A stretch of DNA of 64,000 bases from Macrostomum lignano (GCA_002269645.1 NIVC01000105.1:473992-537991); one strand, 5' to 3'; counted from the stretch's first letter, positions 10,833-23,499 are shown. Translations and numbers: made by a program. Notes: generated by a model from the letters alone, not told the origin.

Positions 10833-12548
10833 TCAAGGCAAGCTTGAGATGCTGCTGATGCTGAGGCTCTTAGTAGACTCTTTCGGCGGCAAGTGACTCT
10901 CTTCGCTGACTTTGAACTTCTTTGGAGACACAGCTGCCTGCTTAGAGCTTGAAGCTCTTGCTTTCTTCCTGCCAAAGGAGGCGATGTCGAAGATGAGCTC
11001 GAACAGCTCGCACAGGGTGAGCAGAGACATTCCCAGGTAGATGCCCATGATGCCGCCGACGTCCGAGATGAAGTCCTGCAAACCGTAGTCGATCGAGAAG
11101 TTCATGCGATCGCACAGAACTCGATGCGGCTTGAAGTGCACTTTGAGCATGTTGCTGCGGATGTATGATGACACGATCGACTCGTTTCCGTTCACGACGA
11201 GGTCGAGAGCCGGAACACTCAGATTCTTAGACTTGGCCCTCATCCAAACAGGCTTGATGGAGCTGCTGACGAACGGCATCATTGAGCTCTGAGTGGGCCA
11301 GTCGGAACTGGAGATGGTCGCGCTGTACTGCAGAGTGGTGCAAGGTCGCTTAGCTTTGCACTCAGCCTTTGTATTCTGGTCGATTTTTCCACTTTTGATT
11401 TGAAGCGATGGATCACGAAGGTAGATAAAGAAGTTTGGGTCATCAGTAAGATTCATTACAAACTTCTTTCCACGAAGAGGCCAAGGAAGCGGTCCAATTA
11501 TACCTGACATGTTGACGAGTTCTTGGTTCTGTCGGTGGAACTCGTAGTAGAAGCAGTACGAGTAGCTGTACGAGTGCTTGTATGGAGTCTCGTCGTACGG
11601 GTTCACGAACTGAACGTCAGGCGGATCGTTCAGACAGTCGAACTGACCAGCCTTGTACACCTGCTGCGTCATGTCGATCTCGACGGTGTGGAATTTTCCG
11701 GGTCCCAGCGAGAACGAGCTCACGAAATCGGACGGATACTCACCTGGAGGCGTGAGGAACACTTTCACACCTGCCTGTCTGTCGGGTCCGTTGTAGTCGG
11801 CGACATTGAGCGACCAGTCGGACACAGGAATGGGAGTTCGTCTTGCGTACACCATCTTGCGGATCGAGTGTCCACTCGATGCGAGTCCTTGGAACGCCGA
11901 GTCCGTAATCAGGGTGACCACAATGCCGGATGATGAGCCGGTCTGTACGATCTTTTGTTGCCACGTGCTGTTCAGAGTCCACTTGAGACAGCGCAAGTAC
12001 ATCGGATGGTAGAAGGTCTGCGCTTCGAGGGGCGCGTATTCGGGCATTCCGTAGTCGGTGTTATAAGCGACATCACTTGTGATGATATTCTGTTCGTTTC
12101 GGTGAGCCAGGGCGTCTATCAAGATTCTATAAGATATAGACTGAGGATGGGCAAGCGAGAACAACATCTCTGCTCCCAGAAATGTGTTGCCGACGTACCC
12201 AAGCATTGAAAGCTCTCGTCTCATTACAACTTGCGAGTCATTGAGCTGAGCATTGATTGCAGCAGCCGATGCCTCATTTAGAATCGCAGAGTAGCTTCCG
12301 GAGATCGGGTTCTCGTAGCAAGCGTACACATCCGGGAACTGGAAGTTGAGGCTGTTTCCATCGACCGAGCTGGTCACCTGACGAGTCTGCAGCTTGATAA
12401 CGAAGTCGTAGAATCCTTTGAAGAATAGACCCGTCATTAGCAGCAGCACAGAGAGCCAAGCCAGTCGCACAGTGAGTGGTTTGCCACTTACAATCCTCGG
12501 CAGTCCGTGCGCTGTTGTGGACGTCATAGCATCAACGATTTGAAGCAT
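10833..12548 (-). CDS. DEG/ENaC/ASIC-family ion channel subunit, paralog 2 (571 aa, intronless)
   Basis: TTAHGLPR, TM1, FPDVYAC and the same TM2 motif; tandem paralog of 5362-7074 including similar 3' flanking sequence. Confidence 0.93.
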   Translation of the reverse strand: MLQIVDAMTSTTAHGLPRIVSGKPLTVRLAWLSVLLLMTGLFFKGFYDFVIKLQTRQVTSSVDGNSLNFQFPDVYACYENPISGSYSAILNEASAAAINAQLNDSQVVMRRELSMLGYVGNTFLGAEMLFSLAHPQSISYRILIDALAHRNEQNIITSDVAYNTDYGMPEYAPLEAQTFYHPMYLRCLKWTLNSTWQQKIVQTGSSSGIVVTLITDSAFQGLASSGHSIRKMVYARRTPIPVSDWSLNVADYNGPDRQAGVKVFLTPPGEYPSDFVSSFSLGPGKFHTVEIDMTQQVYKAGQFDCLNDPPDVQFVNPYDETPYKHSYSYSYCFYYEFHRQNQELVNMSGIIGPLPWPLRGKKFVMNLTDDPNFFIYLRDPSLQIKSGKIDQNTKAECKAKRPCTTLQYSATISSSDWPTQSSMMPFVSSSIKPVWMRAKSKNLSVPALDLVVNGNESIVSSYIRSNMLKVHFKPHRVLCDRMNFSIDYGLQDFISDVGGIMGIYLGMSLLTLCELFELIFDIASFGRKKARASSSKQAAVSPKKFKVSEESHLPPKESTKSLSISSISSLP

Positions 12549-13829
12549 TTTTAGACTGACTCACTAAGTGGTTAAGTTACTACTGTCAAAATTTTAAGAA
12601 GTGTGTTTCTTCGGTAAATACTTCTCCGTTGTGTCTTTCTATTTACGTCCAATAAACACTAAAATTGTTAGCAAGGGCTGTCAGCCTGGTGGGGAACAAC
12701 AGCTTTTCAGGAAAATTGCCTGAAATTTTCTGCCCTGCTGCCTTCCTGCCCTGCGTCCGTTGCTAGGTTTCTGCCCTGTACGTTGCTCAAATTCAGATGA
12801 ATTTCTTTAAAAGCTGCAAACCTCCGTCAGTCTCAGTCAATTGATTCGTCGCTAAATTTCGTACTTTGCTGCGGCAGTTGAGACCCTGCTGTAGTCTTGA
12901 GTAGAATTCTCTCCTTCCAGCTCTCCTTCATATTGGGCAAAATGGCCTTGGACCTGTTTGCGACAGGCATCAATTATGCAAAGAATTAATTTGTGGGGCT
13001 TATGGCTTGGTTTTCTCTCCAAACACAGCTTTGTTGCAAGCGTCCTTCTTCTAACGCCTGAGTTTGTGTCTCAGAGAGTGGGACTTTAAATGCGAATTAA
13101 TTATTGTTTCCTAGACGACGCATTGTTTACTTTTCATTCTCTTTGCCTTGAGGTGAGCCCACGTAGTCCAATTTAGAAGACTGACTGCTTAGGCGACTAT
13201 TTGGATTGCTAGGAGGAATGTGAAGGATGAGAATACCAGAGGCATTTTTAACATTTTAATAAATTTTATCTTTGTTTTTTGCTGTGAATCATATTGCTTG
13301 GTTATCTAAGTTGCAAAACAATATTTTATTTTGCATGTATGAATCTTTATTTCTGACCACTTGGCTACAACTGAGGATCAGAGAGGGTAAATATTAAGTT
13401 TATGCTGGTATTTTAGAGATTTTAAACTTTTAGATTGATTCCATCTGGCATCTGGTTTTAAATTTGGGCATTCCGAGTCTGGACCAGGATGCTAAAGGCA
13501 TTGCGATTCTATCGTTGAAAAAAGCCAACTTGCGCAGTCAGGCGCTGATGGATACTCGTATTAGCCAAGTTTGCCTGTACGCTCGACCTTCTGCTGACAG
13601 ATGCTGACAATCTACGTTCTCTTGAATCCTACGTGACGTGAGAAACAAACCCGGCAAAGATTTTCTTTAAGTCGCACCGGGTGCTCTGCAATAATGACGT
13701 TGTCTATCTGGCTCCTAGCGCAGTATACTCGTAGACCGTTGTGTCAATGAGCTAATAAATTGCGCTATTTATTACACAACACAGATAAGAAAGTAATTTT
13801 ATCCCATGCACTCATCCCATCACCAACTC

Positions 13830-14138
13830 CACACTCCAACGTCCATACAGTCAACTAATTCTCCCCACACTCCAACATCACCAACGCCCATACAGCCCTG
13901 TAAGTCTCTCCACACTCCAACATCAACGTCCATACAGTCCACTAATATTCCCCACACTCCAACATCACCAACGCCCATACAGCCCTGTAAGTCTCTCCAC
14001 ACTCCAACATCAACGTCCATACAGTCCACTAATACTCCCCACACTCCAACATCACCAACACCCATACAGCCCTGTAAGTCTCCCCACACTAACATCAACA
14101 GGATCCATACAGTCCACTAATATTCCCCACACTCCAAC
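13830..14138. repeat. 87-bp minisatellite (~3.5 copies) built from cacactccaacatca subunits
   Basis: The ORF 13806..14120 repeats a 29-aa unit (HTPTSPTPIQPCKSLHTPTSTSIQSTNIP), i.e. an 87-nt period. Confidence 0.9.
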
Positions 14139-14573
14139 AAAAGCATGTTTTTCCATCTGGCTTCTAATCTAAAAGCAAAAATGCAGATTGTAAAAATAAT
14201 TTTACGAGAGCTGCATGCAAGCTGAAGAAATTGCCGAGAGAAAAAGCAGGCAAACGGAGAAGCAGGAGCAGAAAAGCCACAAGCTACCCATTGTGCCACT
14301 GAGCAAACTTCAGCCCTATTTATATTTGCTGCCTGCTAACAAAGGGAGATTGGCCGAGTGTGTATAACCCTTGTGCTAAGCCAGCCAGGAGTAGTGCAGA
14401 ACTGAACTAGTGCAGCCGAAACGAAAGACACTCGCGCCATGAAAAATTATTCTATATAACTGTGCAATGCTCAAAAGTGAAAGCTCTAATGTGAATTTAA
14501 TTGCTGCTGTTTCTGGGATAACTGCTAGTACCGATCTTTGCAATTAGTTTCTACAGTGCCATCAGTTATAGAA

Positions 14574-17500
14574 ATGGTGTTCATCACTGTCAAACACGGA
14601 GGTAAGAGCCTGATCTATGGATATGTAGCGGAAGATTTACGAGTACAAACACCATTGATGGCTTAATAGCTTTTGGAACTTTTTGGGGAGAATTGGTGAA
14701 CCCGGTGCATGTACGCACCTGTGCTTGACAACATCAGTCGCAGGTGAAAGTGGTATGTCCATCAGCCATCTGACACAAAACATTGTTTAGTTACACGTAG
14801 TTCAATAAATGCTCCATTAAAACTGCAGCCAACGTGGATACCCTGTTCAACCAGGACTGCAGGTGCGCAGCACTGCTACGGGCAATTCGTGACAAGTGCT
14901 GCGATTTCGGCTCAAGTGGTGAGCATTTTGAAAAAGACAATTTACTTTATTGTATACGGGAAGACAAACCCGTTTCTATAGTAAAAATATCTTTTTGTGT
15001 GTAAAACTTAGGTAGCTTAATGGTTGAATTTGCCGCTCAATGGTTGATTTTGTTACACAATGGTTGATTTTGTCACACAATGGTTGATTTTGTCACACAA
15101 TGGTTGATTTTGTTACACAATGGTTTATTGCACCGCTCAATGGTTGATTTTGTCACACAATGGTTGATTTTGTCACACAATGGTTGATTTTGTCACACAA
15201 TGGTTGATTTTGTCACACAATGGTTGATTTTGTCACACAATGGTTGATTTTGTCACACAATGGTTGGTTTTGTCACACAATGATTGATTTTGTCACACAA
15301 TGGTTGATTTTGTCACACAATGGTTGATTTTGTCACACAATGGTTGATTTTGTCACACAATGGTTGATTTTGTCACACAATGGTTGATTTTGTTACACAA
15401 TGGTTTATTGCACCGCTCAATGGTTGATTTTGTCACACAATGGTTGATTTTGTCACACAATGGTTGATTTTGTCACACAATGGTTGATTTTATCACACAA
15501 TGGTTGATTTTGTCACACAATGGTTGATTTTGTCACACAATGATTGATTTTGTCACACAATGGTTGATTTTGTCACACAATGGTTGATTTTGTCACACAA
15601 TGGTTGATTTTGTCACACAATGGTTGATTTTGTTACACAATGGTTGATTTTGTCACACAATGGTTGATTTTGTTACACAATGGTTGATTTTGTCACACAA
15701 TGGTTGATTTTGTCACACAATGGTTGATTTTGTTACACAATGGTTGATTTTGTCACACAATGGTTGATTTTGTTATAACAATGGTTGGTTTTGTCACACA
15801 ATGATTGATTTTGTTACAAAATGGTTTATTGCACCGCTCAATGGTTGATTTTGTCACACAATGGTTGATTTTGTCACACAATGGTTGATTTTATCACACA
15901 ATGGTTGATTTTGTCACACAATGATTGATTTTGTCACATAGTGGTTGGTTTTGTCACACAGTGGTTGATTTTATCACACAATGGTTGATTTTGTCACACA
16001 ATGGTTGGTTTTGTCACACAATGGTTGGTTTTGTCACACAATGGTTGATTTTGTCACACAATGGTTGATTTTGTCATAAAAATGGTTGGTTTTGTCATGG
16101 CAATGGTTGATTTTGTCACATAGTGGTTGGTTTTGTCACACAGTGGTTGATTTTATCACACAATGGTTGATTTTGTCACACAATGGTTGGTTTTGTCACA
16201 CAATGGTTGGTTTTGTCACACAATGGTTGGTTTTGTCACACAATGGTTGATTTTGTCACACAATGGTTGATTTTGTCACACAATGGTTGATTTTGTCACA
16301 CAATGGTAGATTTTGTCACACAATGGTTGATTTTGTTACACAATGGTTGATTTTGTCACACAATGGTTGATTTTGTCACACAATGGTTGATTTTGTTACA
16401 CAATGGTTGATTTTGTCACACAATGGTTGATTTTGTTATAACAATGGTTGATTTTGTCACACAATGGTTGATTTTGTTATAACAATGGTTGGTTTTGTCA
16501 CACAATGATTGATTTTGTTACAAAATGGTTTATTGCACCGCTCAATGGTTGATTTTGTCACACAATGGTTGATTTTGTCACACAATGGTTGATTTTGTTA
16601 TAACAATGGTTGGTTTTGTCACACAATGATTGATTTTGTCACATAGTGGTTGGTTTTGTCACACAGTGGTTGATTTTATCACACAATGGTTGATTTTGTC
16701 ACACAATGGTTGATTTTGTCACACAATGGTTGGTTTTGTCACACAATGGTTGATTTTGTCACACAATGGTTGATTTTGTCATAAAAATGGTTGGTTTTGT
16801 CATGGCAATGGTTGATTTTGTCACATAGTGGTTGGTTTTGTCACACAGTGGTTGATTTTATCACACAATGGTTGATTTTGTCACACAATGGTTGGTTTTG
16901 TCACACAATGGTTGGTTTTGTCACACAATGGTTGGTTTTGTCACACAATGGTTGCTTTTGTCACACAATGGTTGCTTTTGTCACACAATGGTTGATTTTG
17001 TCACACAATGGTTGATTTTGTCATAAAAATGGTTGGTTTTGTCACACAGTGGTTGATTTTATCACACAATGGTTGATTTTGTCACACAATGGTTGATTTT
17101 ATCACACAATGGTTGATTTTGTCACACAATGATTGATTTTGTCACATAGTGGTTGGTTTTGTCACACAGTGGTTGATTTTATCACACAATGGTTGATTTT
17201 GTCACACAATGGTTGGTTTTGTCACACAATGGTTGGTTTTGTCACACAATGGTTGATTTTGTCACACAATGGTTGATTTTGTCATAAAAATGGTTGGTTT
17301 TGTCATGGCAATGGTTGATTTTGTCACATAGTGGTTGGTTTTGTCACACAGTGGTTGATTTTATCACACAATGGTTGATTTTGTCACACAATGGTTGGTT
17401 TTGTCACACAATGGTTGGTTTTGTCACACAATGGTTGGTTTTGTCACACAATGGTTGCTTTTGTCACACAATGGTTGATTTTGTCACACAATGGTTGATT

Positions 17501-20500
17501 TTGTCATAAAAATAGTTGGTTTTGTCATGGCAATGGTTGATTTTGTCACATAGTGGTTGGTTTTGTCACACAGTGGTTGATTTTATCACACAATGGTTGG
17601 TTTTGTCACACAATGGTTGGTTTTGTCACACAATGGTTGCTTTTGTCACACAGTGCGGTAATTTTGTTCCTTTATGGTTGCTTTCGTCACAAAATGATTG
17701 ATTTCATCAACCATTGGTTCACATAGGAGCATAGCAGCTGGGCACGACCTAATACACATAGACTATTACTGTCAATCTTTTTTTACAGAAATAATAGATT
17801 TGTCCGACAAAGACGGAAACGTGAAGGATCTGAGAAAGTATCCCAACATGACCGCAAAGGAGGTACTGGCTGACAGAGAGGACTGCGTCCTGATCAGAGT
17901 TGGAGGTAATCTTGCCAATGTTTTGAAGTCTTCAAAGTCAGGTTAAGTACTATATAACTATGGGAATTTGTACTTTTCGGGAGCTTTAAGGGACACATGG
18001 GTCAGTTCTAAGGGACACTGAGGTCAGGAGTTCCAGGGGACACTGAGGTCAGGAGTTCCAGGGGACACTGAGGTCGGGAGTTCCAGGGGACACTGAGGTC
18101 AGGAGTTCCAGGGGACACTGAGGTCGGGAGTTCCAGGGGACACTGAGGTCAGGAGTTCCAGGGGACACTGAGGTCAGGAGTTCCAGGGGACACTGAGGTC
18201 AGGAGTTCCAGGGGACACTGAGGTCAGGAGTTCCAGGGGACACTGAGGTCAGGAGTTCCAGGGGACACTGAGGTCAGGAGTTCCAGGGGACACTGAGGTC
18301 AGGAGTTCCAGGGGACACTGAGGTCAGGAGTTCCAGGGGACACTGAGGTCAGGAGTTCCAGGGGACACTGAGGTCAGGAGTTCCAGGGGACACTGAGGTC
18401 AGGAGTTCCAGGGGACACTGAGGTCAGGAGTTCCAGGGGACACTGAGGTCAGGAGTTCCAGGGGACACTGAGGTCAGGAGTTCCAGGGGACACTGAGGTC
18501 AGGAGTTCCAGGGGACACTGAGGTCAGGAGTTCCAGGGGACACTGAGGTCAGGAGTTCCAGGGGACACTGAGGTCAGGAGTTCCAGGGGACACTGAGGTC
18601 AGGAGTTCCAGGGGACACTGAGGTCAGGAGTTCCAGGGGACACTGAGGTCAGGAGTTCCAGGGGACACTGAGGTCAGGAGTTCCAGGGGACACTGAGGTC
18701 AGGAGTTCCAGGGGACACTGAGGTCAGGAGTTCCAGGGGACACTGAGGTCAGGAGTTCCAGGGGACACTGAGGTCAGGAGTTCCAGGGGACACTGAGGTC
18801 AGGAGTTCCAGGGGACACTGAGGTCAGGAGTTCCAGGGGACACTGAGGTCAGGAGTTCCAGGGGACACAGACTTTCAGCGCAATGTGTTTAGCAAAGACA
18901 AGGCCTCTTATTAGCGCTTCTAATATTCAACAAAGTATGCTTATAGTAAAGCTTTGGCTTTCAATTTGCAGAGAACAATAAAGGAAGACTGGTTTACACT
19001 CCGTTACTAGACAATGAGGAGATTGTCACGAAAGCTTATCTGGGTAAGACGTTATATTTGTAAAAAATAATTATGTATCAGCTTACAAGTTGCTGCATCT
19101 CTCAGGGGCGTCGCCACCGAGGGGGGGGGGGGACATGTTCCCCCGGTAAAAGTTATGGGAGTACATGCCAATATTTTGCCCGCCAACACCCCACCTTTGT
19201 TGAAGTATTATGGATATCAATACTTTCGCTTTAGGGCAACGAAGCATAGCGCTTGCGACGCTAAAATGAGTGTCTCCGGCGCTAAAATGAGTGCCTGTGG
19301 CGCTAAAATGAGTGCCTCCGGCGCTAAAATGAGTGCCTGTGGCGCTAAAATGAGTGCCTCCGGCGCTAAAATGAGTGCCTGCGGTGCTAAAATGAGTTCC
19401 TGTAGCGCTAAAATGAGTGCCTGCGGTACTAAAATGAGTGCCTGTCGCGCTAAAATGAGTGCGTCGCGCTAAAATGAGTGCTTGTGGGGCTAAAATGAGT
19501 GCCTGCGGTACTAAAATGAGTGCCTGTCGCGCTAAAATGAGTGCCTGTGGCGCTAAAATGAGTGCCTGCGGTGCTAAAATGAGTGCCTCCGGCGCTAAAA
19601 TGAGTGCCTCCGGCGCTAAAATGAGTGCCTGTGGCGCTAAAATGAGTGCTTGTGGCGCTAAAATGAGTGCCTGCGACGCTAAATATGAGTGCCTCCGAAA
19701 ATGCTTTTTTCGGAATGGAATTCGTCTAAAAATTGGAAAAGCAAGCAGTGTCAATATGTTTAAGGGTGAACTATGGTTACATTTGCAGCATTGTATTCAC
19801 GATATTTGAGCTAATCTTCACATAACGTTAGACTGCTGCCAAGTTTTTTAGCGTTTAAATGAATCTAGCCATAGATTTTATATTCCCTATTGCGGCAATA
19901 GGGCAATAGCGACCACAGATAATGTGTAGACCCTATTTTTTGAGAATTTTATAGAACACGTACTTCTCATGAATCGAATAAAAAGCCACTTAATCAAATT
20001 AAGAATAAATTCATGCACTGAAGAGACTACTGACGAAATTGAGTTAAGTAGTATAATTTTTCGCGCTGTCGATTGATGCAAATTTTTTACATTATAGCAT
20101 GGTCACAAATGGTAGAGTGGCCCATCTTGTGTATATACGTTCTTTGGTTTAAACACGCTTTTAGCGTTACCACAATATGCTCAAATTTCATTAGTCTCAA
20201 GCTCATTTCTTAGAAAAGCGAGTATTCACTATTCAGCGTCCTTAATTTCTACTTCAGGTGTTCGTGGTATCGTATAACAAAGCAAATATTTGATTTAAAC
20301 TTACAAAATGACTATAAAATTCCTCGTACTTTTATTAGAGAAACTAGCCAAAGGATCGAAGCGAGACTCAAGCAAGCAGAAGTCAACTGCAGGAAGAGGG
20401 TTGAACAGTGGCGGCGTTAGCGGTGGCGGAGGTGCCGGGAGCACCGCTGGTGGTGGATCCTCAAGCACCGCAGGGGCCTCTTCGGTTTCGGGTGGCAAGA

Positions 20501-20553
20501 AGTTGACTGGCACCTCGCAGCAGTCGCATCACTCTGCTACAAAACGTCGATGA
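14574..20553 (+). CDS. Five-exon C22orf15/CXorf65-like gene (~173 aa)
   Basis: Coding exons 14574-14601, 14829-14918, 17789-17905, 18972-19043 and 20339-20553, all with GT-AG phase-1 junctions, splice to MVFITVKHGANVDTLFNQDCRCAALLRAIRDKCCDFGSSEIIDLSDKDGNVKDLRKYPNMTAKEVLADREDCVLIRVGENNKGRLVYTPLLDNEEIVTKAYLEKLAKG...KRR*. This matches the pattern I recall for the C22orf15/CXorf65 family (MFIxVKHG, LxNxxC, IDLxDxxG, YxPLL). Family assignment is from memory. Confidence 0.85.
15018..17700. repeat. 20-bp satellite (caatggttgattttgtcaca)n, ~130 copies, in intron 2
   Basis: Directly visible tandem array with recurring variant units. Confidence 0.98.
18010..18869. repeat. 25-bp satellite (ggggacactgaggtcaggagttcca)n, ~34 copies, in intron 3
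   Basis: Near-perfect array; only two gtcggg variants, both near the start. Confidence 0.98.
19258..19690. repeat. 21-bp minisatellite (ggcgctaaaatgagtgcctgt)n, in intron 4
   Basis: About 20 degenerate units; a related array lies at 59762-59965. Confidence 0.95.
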
Positions 20554-21587
20554 CTTTAATAATTATGAGCTCTTTTTTATGTGCACCAAACACTGTCATA
20601 TGTTAACAACATTGAGAATGTTTTTTTAGATAGAGCTAGCATGCGTACATCAGAAACCAAAATCTCCCATGAAGTGGCGGAAGAAAGATTAATTAAATTG
20701 TTCGAAAAGTATATCAGTCGATCCCCTGCGGTACTACGAGTCGTCTTTGTAGTTACTATAAAGCAGTGGTACATCTTACTGCAGCTTATAAAGAGTAAAA
20801 CTTGAACATGATGGGCGTTGTGACTATTTTCGAAAAAACGATTTTGGACATCAGAGGAAATGAAAATTGACTATTCAAGGACTGCTGCAGTTTCTATATA
20901 ATTTAAAATTCCGATTAAACGTCACAAATATGACATGTACATGTACACTGAAACCTCAACGCTGCAGGGACAGATCCTCGATCGCTATAGTCTCCCGAGC
21001 ATTCCGGCATCACCCAACACCCAATTAATAAGGAGATCTAGCACTTGTGGGCAGATGCATCCATATGTTTCGCTTTTTCGCGGGGACAGGGGATTTGGTC
21101 GAAATTAATTATATACAATGTATGGTAAAATTACAAAATATGAATTTTTATGCTGTGGCATGCAGCTCAATAGAAATGATAAAATTTGCTTTTTCACCAT
21201 TATAAAGAACAATTTCAATAATTTTTAATTGGGGCTATATTGTACGATTTGCAGTCAGAAAAGAGCTACATGTACAATGTACAACATATATCGGGATGCC
21301 ACAGGGCTCACACCTGCCATATTGCCGCATGCTCTTTGCAGCATTGGTTGAAATGTAGCAGGTGCGAATCCAGAAAATTATACTCTTATATTTCTCAGTC
21401 CTGGCGTTCCCGGGATCAGAGGGTCACAGCTTTATATTTTCCCTGCCCTGAGGCAACTTTCCCTCGCTATGAAGCGGTTCTTCTGCCCTGAGGCGAATTC
21501 ACTATTTTCTAACGTTTTCCTGCCCTAGGCAATTTCTCGCTTTTAGCAGATCTTAATACTACTGCCGATTTGGGGCTTCCACTCTAA

Positions 21588-21853
21588 GGGCCTTTTCATA
21601 TTGCTTGCTCTGGTTCCAGAACCAGAACCAATTTGTGAAGTATAACTTTTTGTCTCCATAACTAGAGGGAGATACGTGCTATAAAGTTTTTATTATTGAA
21701 TGACAATCGCCAAGAAGAAAGTGAAAAATTGTGCTAAGTTAGGTTGTTAAGGCAGTCAAATATTAACAGAGTTTAATAGTTATACTGGTACTGCTGTTTT
21801 TCTTGGAATTCCGAACCTATTCTGGTTCTGGAATTGGTAATATGAAAAGGCCC
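21588..21853. mobile_element. PIF/Harbinger-type MITE (266 bp)
   Basis: 15-bp TIR gggccttttcatatt/aatatgaaaaggccc, TAA TSD on both sides (21585-21587, 21854-21856), subterminal ccagaacc motifs. Confidence 0.88.
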
Positions 21854-22175
21854 TAAGAAATGAATAAGTCAATTTCTTAAGCGATTAAGGTTTAGTAGGA
21901 GCTTATTAAAGTTTGCTCAGAGTTACTCGACGAGTCGAAGACGGTTGCTCTCTTGGCCTGCTCGGAGCTTCTATTTATATTGGCCATCAGGCTCGTTTAA
22001 AACAAAAGGTTAATATTCTTACAATTAACAACATTGAAACAAAAAAATACTAGTAATTTCTTTTTGTGTGAATTTGAATGTGCGTTTTTCTAAGAATGAA
22101 ACATTCGTGCATAAAAATAGAGTAATTTTCAGCACAAAAATGGAACTATGTATTATTTCTAGGCACTATATCAAT

Positions 22176-23082
22176 ACGTCTATACTCCCAGTACCAGAAC
22201 CAGTACCAGAACCAGTACCAAAAAATAAAATACAAAATACAAGTAAAAAACGAAAAATAACCTACAAAAATGTCTAAGATAGTAAAAAATCAACTCTAGC
22301 AATTATTATAACCGTTACCACAGCGTTCAACATATTTCGTTTCAGCGATTTACATTACAACATAACTTATTGCCTATTAAAATGCTTATTTGAGAACTAA
22401 AAGTAAAACACCGAAATTTAACATTCTAGCTAAAAAACCTTAAAACAAATATATATAAAACTAAAAAACCTATCAACGATTGTTGGTGATGCCATAGATA
22501 CAATATAAATATACCAAAAAACTGTACATGTAATATGTTCAATTCCTGTAATTTTTCACCAAAATTACTTTAGTGTACTTCGGCAGGAACCATTGTGAGT
22601 ACGAAGCTGAAAACTGAGATCTGGAAGGAAACATTATCAATCTAGAAGCCTACAAGACGCCAAGGCTCCATCTGTTCCCTACTCGAACTTACAGACTCCC
22701 AAGTCCCCCCTGCTCAGTACACTCAGCTGCAGAAAGTACTTTAGTGTACTTCGGCAGGAACCATTGTGAGTACGAAGCTGAAAACTGAGATCTGGAAGGA
22801 AACATTATCAATCTAGAAGCCTACAAGACGCCAAGGCTCCATCTGTTCCCTACTCGAACTTACAGACTCCCAAGTCCCCCTGCTCAGTACACTCAGCTGC
22901 AGAAAGTACTTTAGTGTACTTCGGCAGGAACCATTGTGAGTACGAAGCTGAAAACTGAGATCTGGAAGGAAACATTATCAATCTAGAAGCCTACAAGACG
23001 CCAAGGCTCCATCTGTTCCCTACTCGAACTTACAGACTCCCAAGTCCCCCCTGCTCAGTACACTCAGCTGCAGAAAGTACTT
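22176..23082. repeat. Left TIR: ~390-bp unique outer part plus 3 x ~171-bp tandem units
   Basis: Units start at 22571, 22742 and 22912 (tagtgtacttcggcagg...); reverse complement of 31908-32934. Confidence 0.93.
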
Positions 23083-23499
23083 TGTCAGCTGGATGAGAAT
23101 TTCCCGAAACAATGTTTTGATTTCATGGCCGGTTTTACTGGCTCTATAATCGATTTTAGCTGAGCGGGTCCGGTGCTTTTTCCCGCTGGGTGGGGTGTGG
23201 GTGGTGAGGATTGGGTTTGCCGTTAGGGTTGAGGTGTGGGTTGGCCCTTTTATTCATGTACTCTGCCCTTCAGCGTTGGCGTGCTTGGCTAAAATCTTTT
23301 TGGCTACCTAAGATATCGATATCGCACTGCCAATCACTGACAAGATATCGCTGACAAGCTAACAGCCAAACAACTCAATAATGAGCTTGGTAGCCAGGGG
23401 CTATGAACGGCAGGCAACAAAGCAGCCTTACTAGCCAGTCTGTGCCAGCACATCGATCAGACAGAGATCCAAGCGGATGCAGCACAGCACTCAGATCGA

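Noticed and set aside
16791-17701. Three similar ORFs beginning MVLSWQWLILSH
   Set aside because: Translations of the 20-bp satellite.
18010-18869. CRISPR-like regular array
   Set aside because: No unique spacers; pure tandem repeat inside a eukaryotic intron; no cas genes.
19083-19809. ORFs with repeating ALILAPQ or AKMSACG
   Set aside because: Read-through of the 21-bp minisatellite in intron 4.
20581-20805. 74-aa ORF downstream of the C22orf15-like gene
   Set aside because: Starts at GTG, no motif recognised, probably 3' UTR or flank.
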